Below, in pieces: positions 8,522-19,503 of a stretch of DNA of 64,000 nt. The stretch is from Gemmatimonadota bacterium (GTDB taxonomy: Bacteria > Gemmatimonadota > Gemmatimonadetes > Longimicrobiales > Gaopeijiaceae). The DNA lies in the NCBI GenBank assembly GCA_034521595.1, contig JAXHMG010000003.1, positions 96,001 to 160,000 of the forward strand. Reading direction: 5' to 3'. A program made the position numbers and the translations under genes. Position 1 is the stretch's first letter, and every line of letters starts with the position of its first letter. The notes under the pieces are model-generated. The model saw only the letters and a list, made by a program, of their open reading frames with translations, was not told where the DNA came from and made no database searches.

Positions 8522-8906
8522 TAGCAGCCCGTGGCAGAAGTCTGGTGGGTCGCGCGACCACCGCTGCGCGGCGGTGCCCGGGTCTTGCGGATATCGTACA
8601 AGGAAGAGCGACGAATGCGATGCCGAAGCATCGGGGAGGAGCTATGACGCCGTACGATGCCGCGGGCACCGACGCGATAGCGTTGGTCCCCTCGTGCCCT
8701 TCGGACCACCGCTGGCGCGGCGGTGCCCGGGGCGGCACGGCCCGACCCACGCCCTCCGGGCGTGGGTGCCCCCCGTCGTTGCCACTCCTTGACGTAGCTC
8801 AGGGCTATGCCTTCGTCGTGTCGCCTAGGGTCTGGGGCCGTGGCGCTCCCGGGGCACCCGGGCGCAGCACGGGTCCGACCCACCAGACTTCTGCCACGGG
8901 CTGCTA
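8522..8906. mobile_element. MITE-like non-coding element, copy 2 (385 bp) carrying five extra hairpin modules
   Basis: 31-bp perfect TIR identical to copy 1; same core blocks plus GACC..GGTGCCC modules at 8556-8579, 8664-8688, 8704-8728, 8744-8771, 8852-8875. Confidence 0.8.
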
Positions 8907-8941
8907 GGAGCCGTCGAAGCCATGACCAGGGACCGCCGCCG

Positions 8942-9766
8942 ATGACCGCGATGATCACGTGGGCCGCTGTCGCGCTACTCGCCGGCGGGATGGAACGGGG
9001 GGGCCAGGCACCCGCGCAAGAGCCTGCTCCGAGCGTGCTGGAAGTCCGGGTGGACGTGCCCGGAGGACGTATGCGGGCGCTCTGTACCCCCGGGAAGCCG
9101 CGCGTCCTCTTCCTGCACGACGAGGGAACCGGCGCGGCCTCGTGGCGGCCGGTGCTCGAGCAGCTCACTGGCATAGGCGCCTGCGCGTACGACCGCGACG
9201 CCATCCTACCCGGCCGCGTGCCGCCGGAGGGACTCGGGTGGTACGAGTACCTCGAGCGGTTGAAGGACGCGCACGAGGCGTTGGGGGTGTCGGAGGAGCT
9301 CGTCCTGGTCGGGAACGGGGTCGGAGCGATGTACGCGCGACTGTTCGCCGCCTCTCTCCCGAGCGCCGTGTCCGGGCTGGTCCTGGTGGAGCCGAGCCAC
9401 GAAGACATGCCCGATCTGCTCCGGGCGGCCATGCCGCCCGAGGACTGGAACGAGTGGATGGCGGACAGGGCCCTCCCCAACGAGGACGGACTCCGGCCGG
9501 CGGCCCTGGCGGAGCGAGCACGAAGAGCCCGGCTACCGTCGATCCCGGTTACGGTGGTCACGGTGGGGCGCCGGCGGATCCCGCCCGACTGGGACGCGCG
9601 GTTCGTGGCCGAGGCGGCCAGACAGACGCACGAAGCGCTGGTCGAGGGCCAGCCGTTCGGGCGGCACGTACCGGCTCCGGGCTCGGGCCCGAACGTCGCG
9701 CAGGATGTCCCGGCTCTCCTGGTGGAGGAAGTCGAACGGATCGTGCGTATCGCCTTGGGTTCCTGA
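8942..9766 (+). CDS. Alpha/beta-hydrolase-fold protein (catalytic motifs degenerate)
   Basis: VLFLHDEG, CAYDR, LVLVGNGVG (for GxSxG), GLVLVEPSH; signal peptide. Confidence 0.7.
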   Translation: MTAMITWAAVALLAGGMERGGQAPAQEPAPSVLEVRVDVPGGRMRALCTPGKPRVLFLHDEGTGAASWRPVLEQLTGIGACAYDRDAILPGRVPPEGLGWYEYLERLKDAHEALGVSEELVLVGNGVGAMYARLFAASLPSAVSGLVLVEPSHEDMPDLLRAAMPPEDWNEWMADRALPNEDGLRPAALAERARRARLPSIPVTVVTVGRRRIPPDWDARFVAEAARQTHEALVEGQPFGRHVPAPGSGPNVAQDVPALLVEEVERIVRIALGS

Positions 9767-9834
9767 CGGACCGCACGACGACCGGCTACATTCGGCCCAC
9801 GGCCACGCACGCTTATCCATGCAAAAGGGAACCG

Positions 9835-10386
9835 ATGGACGCGACACGGACGGAAACAGCCACGCTCGGAGGGGGATGCTTCTGGTGCCTGGAGGCGGTT
9901 TTCAACCTGACGGAGGGCGTGCTCGGCGTGAAGTCGGGCTATATGGGTGGGCATACGACCGATCCCACGTACGAACAGGTATGCACGGGCACCACCGGGC
10001 ACGCGGAAGTGGTGCAGGTCGAGTTCGATCCGGACGTCATCACGTACCGCGACCTTCTCGAAATCTTCTTCGGTATCCACGATCCGACGACCCTCAACCG
10101 TCAGGGGGCGGACGTCGGGACGCAGTATCGTTCCGTGGTCTTCCATCACGCGCCCGAGCAGGAGCAAGTGGCCCGAGAGGTGATCACCGCGCTGGAGCGC
10201 GAAGGGGTGTGGGACGCTCCGATCGTGACGGAGGTGACGGAGGCGGGCCCGTTTTACCCGGCCGAGCCCTACCACGACCAGTACTTCGACAGGAATGCGG
10301 ATCAGCCCTATTGCCGTGCCGTGATCGCACCGAAGGTCGCCAAGTATCGACAACGCTTCGCGCACAAATTGCGGCGCGACCGGTGA
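9835..10386 (+). CDS. msrA: Peptide-methionine (S)-S-oxide reductase
   Basis: GGGCFWCLE, GYMGG, TGHAEVVQ, DVGTQYRS, FYPAEPYH. Confidence 0.95.
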   Translation: MDATRTETATLGGGCFWCLEAVFNLTEGVLGVKSGYMGGHTTDPTYEQVCTGTTGHAEVVQVEFDPDVITYRDLLEIFFGIHDPTTLNRQGADVGTQYRSVVFHHAPEQEQVAREVITALEREGVWDAPIVTEVTEAGPFYPAEPYHDQYFDRNADQPYCRAVIAPKVAKYRQRFAHKLRRDR

Positions 10387-10504
10387 GTGCAGCGTACATT
10401 TCCTGAGTAGATCGAGCGTCCGGGCACGTAGGGAGGCGGGAACTTCCCCATGCTGCGCGGGATAGTCCGATCGATGTAACCCCCCCAAGCACAGGAGATG
10501 GCGT

Positions 10505-10930
10505 ATGCCCAAGCCAGACGGCGACCTGGTCGTCAAGTGGCGGGAGTTGGCCGAGGAAGGCTATCTGTACGCCGAGATCGCGCGGATGTACCCGAAGCAT
10601 ACCGTGGACCAGGTGCGCCACTATTGTTTGGGCCACACGGGGAGGAACCTCGGGGGCCCGATCCAGAGCGTCGATCGTTGGTACGGATCCAACGTCTGGC
10701 TGAGGGGCGAGAACTCACCCCACAGCGAGCTGACGGAGGAGCAGGCCCGGAGCGTGCTCGACGACTGGGACGAGGACGCCGACCGCTGGCGCTCCTCGGG
10801 AGCTGAATGGGCACGCATCCTCGGGGTGTCTCCAAGTACCATCTACATGCTGCGCCGTGGTGAGACGTGGAAGCATTTGAAGCATCCGAACCAGGGGCGG
10901 AAGCCGAAGAAGGACAAGAAAGGGCCCTGA
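10505..10930 (+). CDS. Hypothetical HTH DNA-binding protein resembling the C-terminal domain of phage HNH endonucleases
   Basis: AGGAG RBS; RGENSPHSELTEEQA...WARILGVSPSTIYMLRRGETWKHL; no HNH motif. Confidence 0.6.
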   Translation: MPKPDGDLVVKWRELAEEGYLYAEIARMYPKHTVDQVRHYCLGHTGRNLGGPIQSVDRWYGSNVWLRGENSPHSELTEEQARSVLDDWDEDADRWRSSGAEWARILGVSPSTIYMLRRGETWKHLKHPNQGRKPKKDKKGP

Positions 10931-11015
10931 TCGGATCCGTCGCACGCGTGCCGGGGTGGCGAGGTCGGGGCACCGCTTTTTAGGGAAGGCCAGGGGCCCC
11001 TTCCCGGGACGCCGG

Positions 11016-12581
<1,566 letters not shown>

Positions 12582-12735
12582 GGGACTGTCGCGTGCGAGC
12601 ATGAGGGACGATGAGTATTCGGGGTGCTCTCTTAGTCTCACCAAGATCCCGGGTTCGCGCCAACGACGGAACAAGGCGGCTTATGCGCAATATAACCCCG
12701 GTGCGGTAAGCTCTGACCCGAACAAAGGAACCGTA

Positions 12736-13098
12736 ATGTCCCACGACTGGCTCGAACGCGATGACCTGTCCGTGTTCGTGGTTGCCGGTGTCCCCAAGGG
12801 ATTCAACCGAAAGCTCCAGGAAACGATCACGAAGGAGCACGGCGAGAAAGCCGTGTCGATGCGTGTCAACGACGAGTTGGCGGATTGGGTCCTGACGAAG
12901 GTGCGTGGGGAGTACCGTCCTTCGTCCAAGCGGAGCACCGCGTCGAAGGCGCTCTGGCGGGCGTTCCGGGCTCTGGCCGCCGCGCGCTACCACCTGAAGG
13001 ACGACCCCGAGTTCAGCGAGGAGGTTCGGGCGCTGCGCGATCAGGTCGAAGCTCATTGGTTGCGCATCACACCGCTCAACCGCGAGACGGAGGACTGA
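12736..13098 (+). CDS. Hypothetical protein
   Basis: AAGGA RBS, 120-aa ORF with GC3-biased codons, divergent from ALDH. Confidence 0.6.
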   Translation: MSHDWLERDDLSVFVVAGVPKGFNRKLQETITKEHGEKAVSMRVNDELADWVLTKVRGEYRPSSKRSTASKALWRAFRALAAARYHLKDDPEFSEEVRALRDQVEAHWLRITPLNRETED

Positions 13099-13139
13099 GC
13101 GGCCGACCGGGACGGAGCACGGGCGCATCCTTTCCGGTG

Positions 13140-13661
13140 TCAGGCGAGCAACTCCCGGATCACTCGATTCCGATGCTCGAAGATCTTCCGGAGTTGGTGC
13201 CGGACGAAGGGGAGCGCCACCTCACCGAGCGGCCATCCGGGTAGCCGGTAGCGGACCTCGTCCGTCATGCGGGTCCGGCCGTGACCGACATTCTCGAACA
13301 GATGGCGATGGGCCCACGTGTGATACGGGCCACGGATCTGGGTGTCCGTGAAGCCGTACGGTGGATCCCAGACGCTGATCTCGGTGCGCCAACGGAACGG
13401 GATCCCGTTGAGACGTATCTCATAGTCGATCCGTGCGCCCGTTCTCATGCGGATCGGAGCGGGCGTCAGCATGCGGAACCGTAACGCCTCGGGTGTGATT
13501 CGCTCCAGGTTCTGGGCCGCCGCGAAAAACGGGAACACTTCGTCCCTCGGACGGTCGAGCACGGTGACCGCGCGCAGGAGATGAAAGCCGTGCCCGAGAT
13601 CTCCGACGTCCGGGTCCACGCATGCGTGGGTGGGGTCCGGGCCGGGGAGGGGCCGCTTCAC
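13140..13661 (-). CDS. SRPBCC-family protein
   Basis: EVFPFF...NLERITP, WRTEI..W.PP..FTDTQIRGPY..WAHRHLF, TRMTDEVRY. Confidence 0.85.
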   Translation of the reverse strand: MKRPLPGPDPTHACVDPDVGDLGHGFHLLRAVTVLDRPRDEVFPFFAAAQNLERITPEALRFRMLTPAPIRMRTGARIDYEIRLNGIPFRWRTEISVWDPPYGFTDTQIRGPYHTWAHRHLFENVGHGRTRMTDEVRYRLPGWPLGEVALPFVRHQLRKIFEHRNRVIRELLA

Positions 13662-13674
13662 CGAGCCTCGCCGT

Positions 13675-16600
13675 TCAGGACGAGGCCTTGTTCCACCGGC
13701 GGGGCTGCTGTTCCTCCTCCTCGAAGCGCGGGCGAGTGCGTCGCACGAGTCGGACGTTCCGGCGGCCGAAGAGCTTCTGCAGTTCCTGCATGGCGTCCCG
13801 GTCCGGGGTTACGCCCAGAGAGCGTGAGCGGAGCCTGGGCGCCTGGTCCCCGTTGTCCCGACCTACTTGGAGCCAGACCGGTGAGGTGCCCGGATGGGCG
13901 GACAGCACGTCGCGTGCTTTCGCGAACGCCTCCTCCGGCACCTCCGAGCCGAGCTCGAGCTCGATCTGCACCGCGAGCTCCCCGGCTTCGGCGACGTCTT
14001 CGAGAGCGCGCGCGGAATCCAGGAAGATCGGCGGCTCTTCTTCATCCCGTTCGCGGCTGCTCACCTTGCCCGTGATCACCACGGCGGCGTCCTGCCGAAG
14101 GATGTCCTTACATTCCTGCCAGGTTTCTCGGAAGGCGAGCACCGTGGCGGTTCCGGTGAAGTCCTCCACGGTGATCTTGCCCCATTCGGAGTTGTCCTTG
14201 CGCGAGATCTGCCGTGCGACGGAGGTCACGACACACGGAAGCTCGACGCTCTGCCCGGCGTGCTCGATCAGGGAGTCGGACGAGACCCCCTCGAAGGCTT
14301 GGACGACTTCCCGGAAGCGGTCGAGCGGGTGTCCGGAGATGAAGAATCCGAGCGCGGCTTTCTCACGCGCGAGCCGCTCCGACTCCGGCCATTCCGGAAT
14401 GCTCGGGAGTGAAGGAGCTTTCTTGGCGAGGGCGGAGCCGTCGTCGAACAGGGAGCCCTGACCGGCTTCGATCTCGGCCGCGCGGGCTTGTACTTCCCCG
14501 TACGCCGTGTCGAGCCCGGCGAGGAGCTGGGCCCGATGACCGAACGCGTCGAGCGCACCCGCGGCGATGAGCGCCTCGCACGCCCGCTTGTTCAGCGCGC
14601 GCGTGTCGATACGCTCGAGGAAATCGAACAGGGACGTGAAGGGGCCGTCTTCACGCGCGTCCAGGATCGACTGGACCGCGGAGTGCCCGACGCCCCGTAC
14701 GGCGCCCATGCCGAAGCGGATCTCGCTGTCATCGGTGACGGTGAATTTCCAACCCGACTCGTTCACGTCCGGCGGGAGCACCTCGACCGGGTCTTCGAGC
14801 TTGTCGATGAAGCGCGGGAGCTCCCGGCACGCGCCGATGTGCTTCACCACGCTGTCCGTGTTGTCGATGACCGACGAGAGGAGCGCGGCCATGAACTCGG
14901 CCGGATAGTGGGCCTTCAGCCACGCGGTCTGGTACGAGATGAGGGAGTACGCCGCCGAGTGGCTCCGGTTGAAGCCGTAGCGGCCGAACGTCTCGATCTG
15001 TTCGGCGAGGTCTTCGGCCGTGGGCTTCTCGATCCCCCGCTCGACCGCTCGTTCGACGAACCGTCCGAGCTCCTTGCGGATGAGCTCCGCGTCCTTCTTA
15101 CCCACCGCCTTCCGGAGCATGTCCGCTTCCCCGAGCGTGAAGCCCGCCAGCTCGGAGGCGATGCGCATGACCTGTTCCTGGTAGACGATGACCCCCTGGG
15201 TGGGCTCCAGGATCGTCTCGAGGCTCGGATGCGGGTACGTGACCGCCTCACGGCCGAGCTTCCGGTTGATGAAGACGTCGGTCATTCCCGAGTCGAGCGG
15301 ACCGGGGCGGATCAAGGCGTTCGTGGCGACGAGGTCTTCGAACCGGTCGCAGCGCATCGCGCGCAGCTTGTCGTTCGCGAGCCGGGATTCGAACTGGAAG
15401 ACCCCCGCGGTGCCCCCGCGCGCCATCATGCGGTAGACGGCCGGATCCTCGAGGGGCACCTCGTCGATGCTCTCGTACGTCTCGCCGGTATCCGGATTCT
15501 TCAGGATTCCGTGGCGGGCTTCGACCATCTTCACCGCGTCGTGGACGACGGTGAGAGTCTTGAGCCCCAGGAAATCCATCTTGAGCATGCCGGCCTCTTC
15601 GAGGCTCGTCATGTCGTACTGCGTCACGGCCATGGCGTCGTCGCCGTTGCCGTTCTTTCCGGTCTGGATGCTGACCGGGACGTACTCGTCCAGTGGCCCG
15701 GGCGCGATCACCACACCCGCGGCGTGCACGGACGCATGACGGGCGAGGCCCTCCAGCGTCATCGAGTAGTCGAAGAGCTGCCGGTGCCGTTCGTCTTTCT
15801 CGTAGAGCTCCTTGACCTCCTGGAGCCCCTCCACCGCTTCCTGTACCGTGTACGCCTGGCCCGGCGCGTTGGGGATCAGCTTGGCGATGCGGTCGGTCTC
15901 GCCCGGCTCGAATCCGAGCGTCCGCCCCACGTCGCGCACGACCGCGCGGCTCTTCATGGTGCCGAACGTGATGATCTGTCCGACCGCGTCCTTGCCGTAC
16001 TTCCGGCGGGTGTACTCGATGACCTCGCCCCGACGCTCGTAACAGAAGTCGATGTCGATATCCGGCATCGAGATCCGGTCGGGGTTGAGAAAGCGCTCGA
16101 AGAGCAGGTCGAACTCGAGCGGATCGAGGTTCGTGATGCCCAGGGCGTACGCCACGAGGGATCCTGCGGCGGAGCCTCGGCCCGGGCCCACGGGGATGTC
16201 CTGCTCCCGCGCCCAGCGGATGAAGTCCTGGGTGATCAGGAAGTACCCGGCGTACCCGGTTCCCTTGATCACTCCCATCTCGTAGTCGAAGCGTTCCTGC
16301 GCCTGGGGCGGAAGCGGATCTCCGTAGCGCTCCTTCGCCCCTTCGAGCGCGAGATGCTCGAGGAACGCGGTCTCGTCGGGGTGCTCGTCGGGGACCGGGA
16401 ACTCGGGCAGGAAGTACTTCTTCTCGAAGACGAGGTCCACCTCGTCCGCGATCTTGAGCGTGTTCTCGACCAGGTCCGGCCGCTCCGGGAACCGCTCGGC
16501 CATCTCGTCGGCGCTCTTGAAGTAGAGCCCGTCGTCGTAGTGCATGCGGTTCGGGTCGTTGCGGTCCTTGCCGAGCCCGATGCAGAGCAGGATGTCGTGC

Positions 16601-17250
16601 GCTTCGTGGTCCTCCGGCTGGAGAAAGTGCGCGTCGTTCGTCATCACCGCGGGGAGGTCCAGCTCCTCGGCGAGATCGAGGACCTTCCGGTTCAGATCCG
16701 CCTGGCCTTCGGTATCGTGTGCCTGTACCTCGAGGTAGTAGCGGCCGTCGAAGAGGTTGGCGTACCACTCCGCGGCTTCTCTCGCGGCCCCCCAATCGTC
16801 GGCCATGAGATGACGCGCCACTTCTCCGGCCATGCACGCCGAGGACACGATGATCCCCTCATGGTGCCTGGCCATGACTTCGCGGTCGATCCGAGGCTTG
16901 TGGTAGAAGCCTTCGGTATAGCCGATCGAGGACAGCTTGACGAGGTTCTGATACCCCACGCGGTCGCGGGCGAGGAGGACCAGGTGGTAGTAGGCGCGCT
17001 CGCCCTGTCCGGAGCGGGACTTGTCGCGCCGGTCACCCGGTGCGACGTAGGCCTCCATCCCGACGATCGGCTTCAGACCTTCCTTCCGCGCCATCTTGTG
17101 GAAGTTCCAGGCCCCGAACATGCACCCGTGGTCCGTGAGCGCGAGACCGGGCATCTCGTGCTCCTTCGCCTTGCGCACGAGGTCGGTGAGACGGCTGGCG
17201 CCGTCGAGGAGTGAGAACTCGGAGTGCGTGTGGAGGTGGACGAAGCTCAC
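13675..17250 (-). CDS. dnaE: DNA polymerase III alpha subunit
   Basis: FVHLHTHSEFSLLDG PHP domain, GPGRGSAAGS, SMPDIDIDF, YGFNRSHS, C-terminal OB fold. Confidence 0.97.
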   Translation of the reverse strand: MSFVHLHTHSEFSLLDGASRLTDLVRKAKEHEMPGLALTDHGCMFGAWNFHKMARKEGLKPIVGMEAYVAPGDRRDKSRSGQGERAYYHLVLLARDRVGYQNLVKLSSIGYTEGFYHKPRIDREVMARHHEGIIVSSACMAGEVARHLMADDWGAAREAAEWYANLFDGRYYLEVQAHDTEGQADLNRKVLDLAEELDLPAVMTNDAHFLQPEDHEAHDILLCIGLGKDRNDPNRMHYDDGLYFKSADEMAERFPERPDLVENTLKIADEVDLVFEKKYFLPEFPVPDEHPDETAFLEHLALEGAKERYGDPLPPQAQERFDYEMGVIKGTGYAGYFLITQDFIRWAREQDIPVGPGRGSAAGSLVAYALGITNLDPLEFDLLFERFLNPDRISMPDIDIDFCYERRGEVIEYTRRKYGKDAVGQIITFGTMKSRAVVRDVGRTLGFEPGETDRIAKLIPNAPGQAYTVQEAVEGLQEVKELYEKDERHRQLFDYSMTLEGLARHASVHAAGVVIAPGPLDEYVPVSIQTGKNGNGDDAMAVTQYDMTSLEEAGMLKMDFLGLKTLTVVHDAVKMVEARHGILKNPDTGETYESIDEVPLEDPAVYRMMARGGTAGVFQFESRLANDKLRAMRCDRFEDLVATNALIRPGPLDSGMTDVFINRKLGREAVTYPHPSLETILEPTQGVIVYQEQVMRIASELAGFTLGEADMLRKAVGKKDAELIRKELGRFVERAVERGIEKPTAEDLAEQIETFGRYGFNRSHSAAYSLISYQTAWLKAHYPAEFMAALLSSVIDNTDSVVKHIGACRELPRFIDKLEDPVEVLPPDVNESGWKFTVTDDSEIRFGMGAVRGVGHSAVQSILDAREDGPFTSLFDFLERIDTRALNKRACEALIAAGALDAFGHRAQLLAGLDTAYGEVQARAAEIEAGQGSLFDDGSALAKKAPSLPSIPEWPESERLAREKAALGFFISGHPLDRFREVVQAFEGVSSDSLIEHAGQSVELPCVVTSVARQISRKDNSEWGKITVEDFTGTATVLAFRETWQECKDILRQDAAVVITGKVSSRERDEEEPPIFLDSARALEDVAEAGELAVQIELELGSEVPEEAFAKARDVLSAHPGTSPVWLQVGRDNGDQAPRLRSRSLGVTPDRDAMQELQKLFGRRNVRLVRRTRPRFEEEEQQPRRWNKASS

Positions 17251-17403
17251 TTCACGGGTCGGGCGGCGGGTCCAGGATGCGGCGAGTATGACTGATTGTA
17301 GTCGGCGCGCCGGAGCGGGCCAACCGAAGCCGCGGCCGGGGGCCCGATCCATGCGGATTTCGGTATTCCATCGTCGCCGTCGGCACGCCGTCGACGCGCC
17401 CGC

Positions 17404-17916
17404 TCAGCGTCCCGGCGCGGCCTCCATGGCAGGCATGCAGATCGCGAGCACGTAGTAACGGTCGAGCTCCGCGGTGGGCACCCGGGCTTCTTCGACGATC
17501 GCCTCCGCCTCGGTTCCCAGCATGCCCGTGACGTAGAAGTTGAAGAGGCAGTCGGAGCCTTCCTTCCTGAACCGGAGCGACGACTCGTTCGGCGCGTCCT
17601 GCGGATCGGGGGTCCGCGTCCATCCGTCCCCCCGGACCTGCTCGTAGAACAACTCGGATTCCGTGCCCGGGGTGTTTTGGGTCAGACCCGCAGCCGTGAC
17701 GCGGCAGGACGGCACGCGTTGGTCGGTCCGCCAGTCGTTGATCGTGTCGGGTGTCGTGACCGCGGCCATGCCGACCTTGTCCGTCAGCAGGGTGTGCGCA
17801 TCACGGCAATGGATCTCCTCCTGGGCACCGGCTCCGTCCGGGCTCGAAGCGTCACAGCCCGCGAGGACGAATGCGAACACGGGAGCGATGAGCAGGGTGC
17901 TGGTCCGTTCGAGCAT
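17404..17916 (-). CDS. Hypothetical lipoprotein
   Basis: Lipobox VLAGC; 170-aa ORF co-oriented with dnaE. Confidence 0.65.
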   Translation of the reverse strand: MLERTSTLLIAPVFAFVLAGCDASSPDGAGAQEEIHCRDAHTLLTDKVGMAAVTTPDTINDWRTDQRVPSCRVTAAGLTQNTPGTESELFYEQVRGDGWTRTPDPQDAPNESSLRFRKEGSDCLFNFYVTGMLGTEAEAIVEEARVPTAELDRYYVLAICMPAMEAAPGR

Positions 17917-17996
17917 GCTGACACCGGGGGCTGAGTTCCGAGGATGATTCGCTCGCGAAACGCGTGCCCTGCTTTACCCTCCCGGTCGGTTCCTGT

Positions 17997-18461
17997 TCAC
18001 CCGCCGCCGGCTTGCCGGTCCGGCTCGCATGTCTCCTCGGGATCCTGCTTCGGCCGGGCCAACCCGACCCAGAGGTAGAGCGTGGTGTCACGTGGCTCGC
18101 TCCACTTGAAATCGATCTCGAGCTTCGAGCGCATGCCGGCCGTGTACGTGAACGGGACGGATTCTCCCGCATCCGCGCTCACCTCCAGACGTCCCGGACC
18201 GAGTGCGTCCCGGGCGTCGATGTCCCACCGGCCCGAATGCCCTCTCCATACGTGCACGCATCCGGCTACGGTCACGCCCACCGTGGGTACGGTCACCGTG
18301 GACACGTGGCCCGTGCCGCTCCGTATCGGCACGCTTACCCAACCTCCGCCCCGTTCCACGCTCGCCAGTAGATCCTGGACGGTCTGAGCCGCCCCGGGAG
18401 CCGGGATGAGTGTGAGGCCCGCGACGAGCAGGCTCGTGAGCGCGATGGAGGGGAAACGCAT
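17997..18461 (-). CDS. Hypothetical secreted protein
   Basis: Signal peptide MRFPSIALTSLLVAGLTLIPAPGAAQ; abuts the upstream gene. Confidence 0.65.
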   Translation of the reverse strand: MRFPSIALTSLLVAGLTLIPAPGAAQTVQDLLASVERGGGWVSVPIRSGTGHVSTVTVPTVGVTVAGCVHVWRGHSGRWDIDARDALGPGRLEVSADAGESVPFTYTAGMRSKLEIDFKWSEPRDTTLYLWVGLARPKQDPEETCEPDRQAGGG

Positions 18462-18463
18462 GG

Positions 18464-19483
18464 CTACTCCGTGCAGCTGAACGAATCCACGATCGTTTCG
18501 AGCTGGATAATGTACTCGTACTTCTCGCGTCCGGGCGCGTACAACCATGCATCGATGAGGTAGGTGCGGTCCTGCTCGTCACAGGTGACCGTATACGTCA
18601 TCAACGGCCCTCCGGCCGGCCACCCGAGGTCCGGGGGATTGCGCCACTGGGCTTGGAGTCGGAGGCCCTGGCGACCGTCCAGCGTATGCGGTTGGACGGT
18701 CGCCGCATCCTCATCGACCTCCTGCTCCTGCGTGTAGTAGGTGTTCGCGATGCTCTGACGCCACTGCAGGATCTCCTCGGGATCGAGCTCTCCGGACGCC
18801 GGGCTCCGCCAGGTGACCGCGACCTGCCGGATGAGCTCCGACGGGTCCGGTTGATCGTTCCGGAAGACGAACACCGAGTCCTCGGTCATCCAGCGATACA
18901 CGTCGGGCACGACCACGCGGAAGCCCGCCTCCGCCGCGAGCGTGTCCGCGAGCGCTTGGTCCACGCCGGAGAAATACATGCGGGAGCGTGCATACTGGCG
19001 AAACTGCTGGTCGAGAGTCTCGGACACTTCGTCGAGCAACGACGGTAGGCCGCCGAGGGAACCGTCGTCCGGCAGCACGATCAGCCTCACCGTCTGCTCT
19101 CGCGACCAGACGCCACCGATGTCGTAGAGACCGGGGCCGTCGACGTCGACATCGTCGCTGGCCTTGTCCAGCGCTTCCTCCATCCACGGATCCGACAGCG
19201 TTCCGATGAGGAGCATCTGGCGGAAGCGGCGCAGGTTTTCCCAGTACTGCGCGTAGGGCTCCTGATAGGTGACCGTGAACGCCTTCTCGTCACGCACGGT
19301 CTGAATGGTGCGCTCGATCGCTCCGTAAACGGAGTCGGAGATCTCGGCCCAGCGTTCCGGGTCCGTCACGGCGATCACCGAATTCGCGTCACCGTAGGTC
19401 AGCCCCGGCTCGTCACAACCCGCGAGGGTCGTCACGAGCAGGAAAAGGATAAGTGAGGCGGGTCTGGACTTGGGGACAAGCAT
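18464..19483 (-). CDS. DUF4837-like lipoprotein
   Basis: Lipobox LAGC; WPAGGP, YLIDAWLYAPGREKYEYIIQLE C-terminal pattern. Confidence 0.65.
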   Translation of the reverse strand: MLVPKSRPASLILFLLVTTLAGCDEPGLTYGDANSVIAVTDPERWAEISDSVYGAIERTIQTVRDEKAFTVTYQEPYAQYWENLRRFRQMLLIGTLSDPWMEEALDKASDDVDVDGPGLYDIGGVWSREQTVRLIVLPDDGSLGGLPSLLDEVSETLDQQFRQYARSRMYFSGVDQALADTLAAEAGFRVVVPDVYRWMTEDSVFVFRNDQPDPSELIRQVAVTWRSPASGELDPEEILQWRQSIANTYYTQEQEVDEDAATVQPHTLDGRQGLRLQAQWRNPPDLGWPAGGPLMTYTVTCDEQDRTYLIDAWLYAPGREKYEYIIQLETIVDSFSCTE

Positions 19484-19503
19484 GAGCGTTCTCCAGCGAG
19501 GGC

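Noticed and set aside
8556-8875. CRISPR array interpretation of the five modules
   Set aside because: Modules alternate in orientation, have variable interiors, the intervening sequence is conserved between copies, and there are no cas genes
4653-8906. Composite transposon bounded by the two element copies
   Set aside because: Cargo is housekeeping (ferritin, cysK, PPIases, DksA), there is no transposase, and each copy has its own complete TIR pair
14488-17214. Long antisense ORFs (e.g. 908 aa opposite dnaE, 694 aa at 41084-43168, 671 aa at 8521-10536)
   Set aside because: Shadow ORFs typical of high-GC DNA; they overlap better-supported genes on the other strand
13675-17250. Intein or split dnaE
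   Set aside because: Length (~1190 aa) and motif spacing are normal; no intein motifs seen
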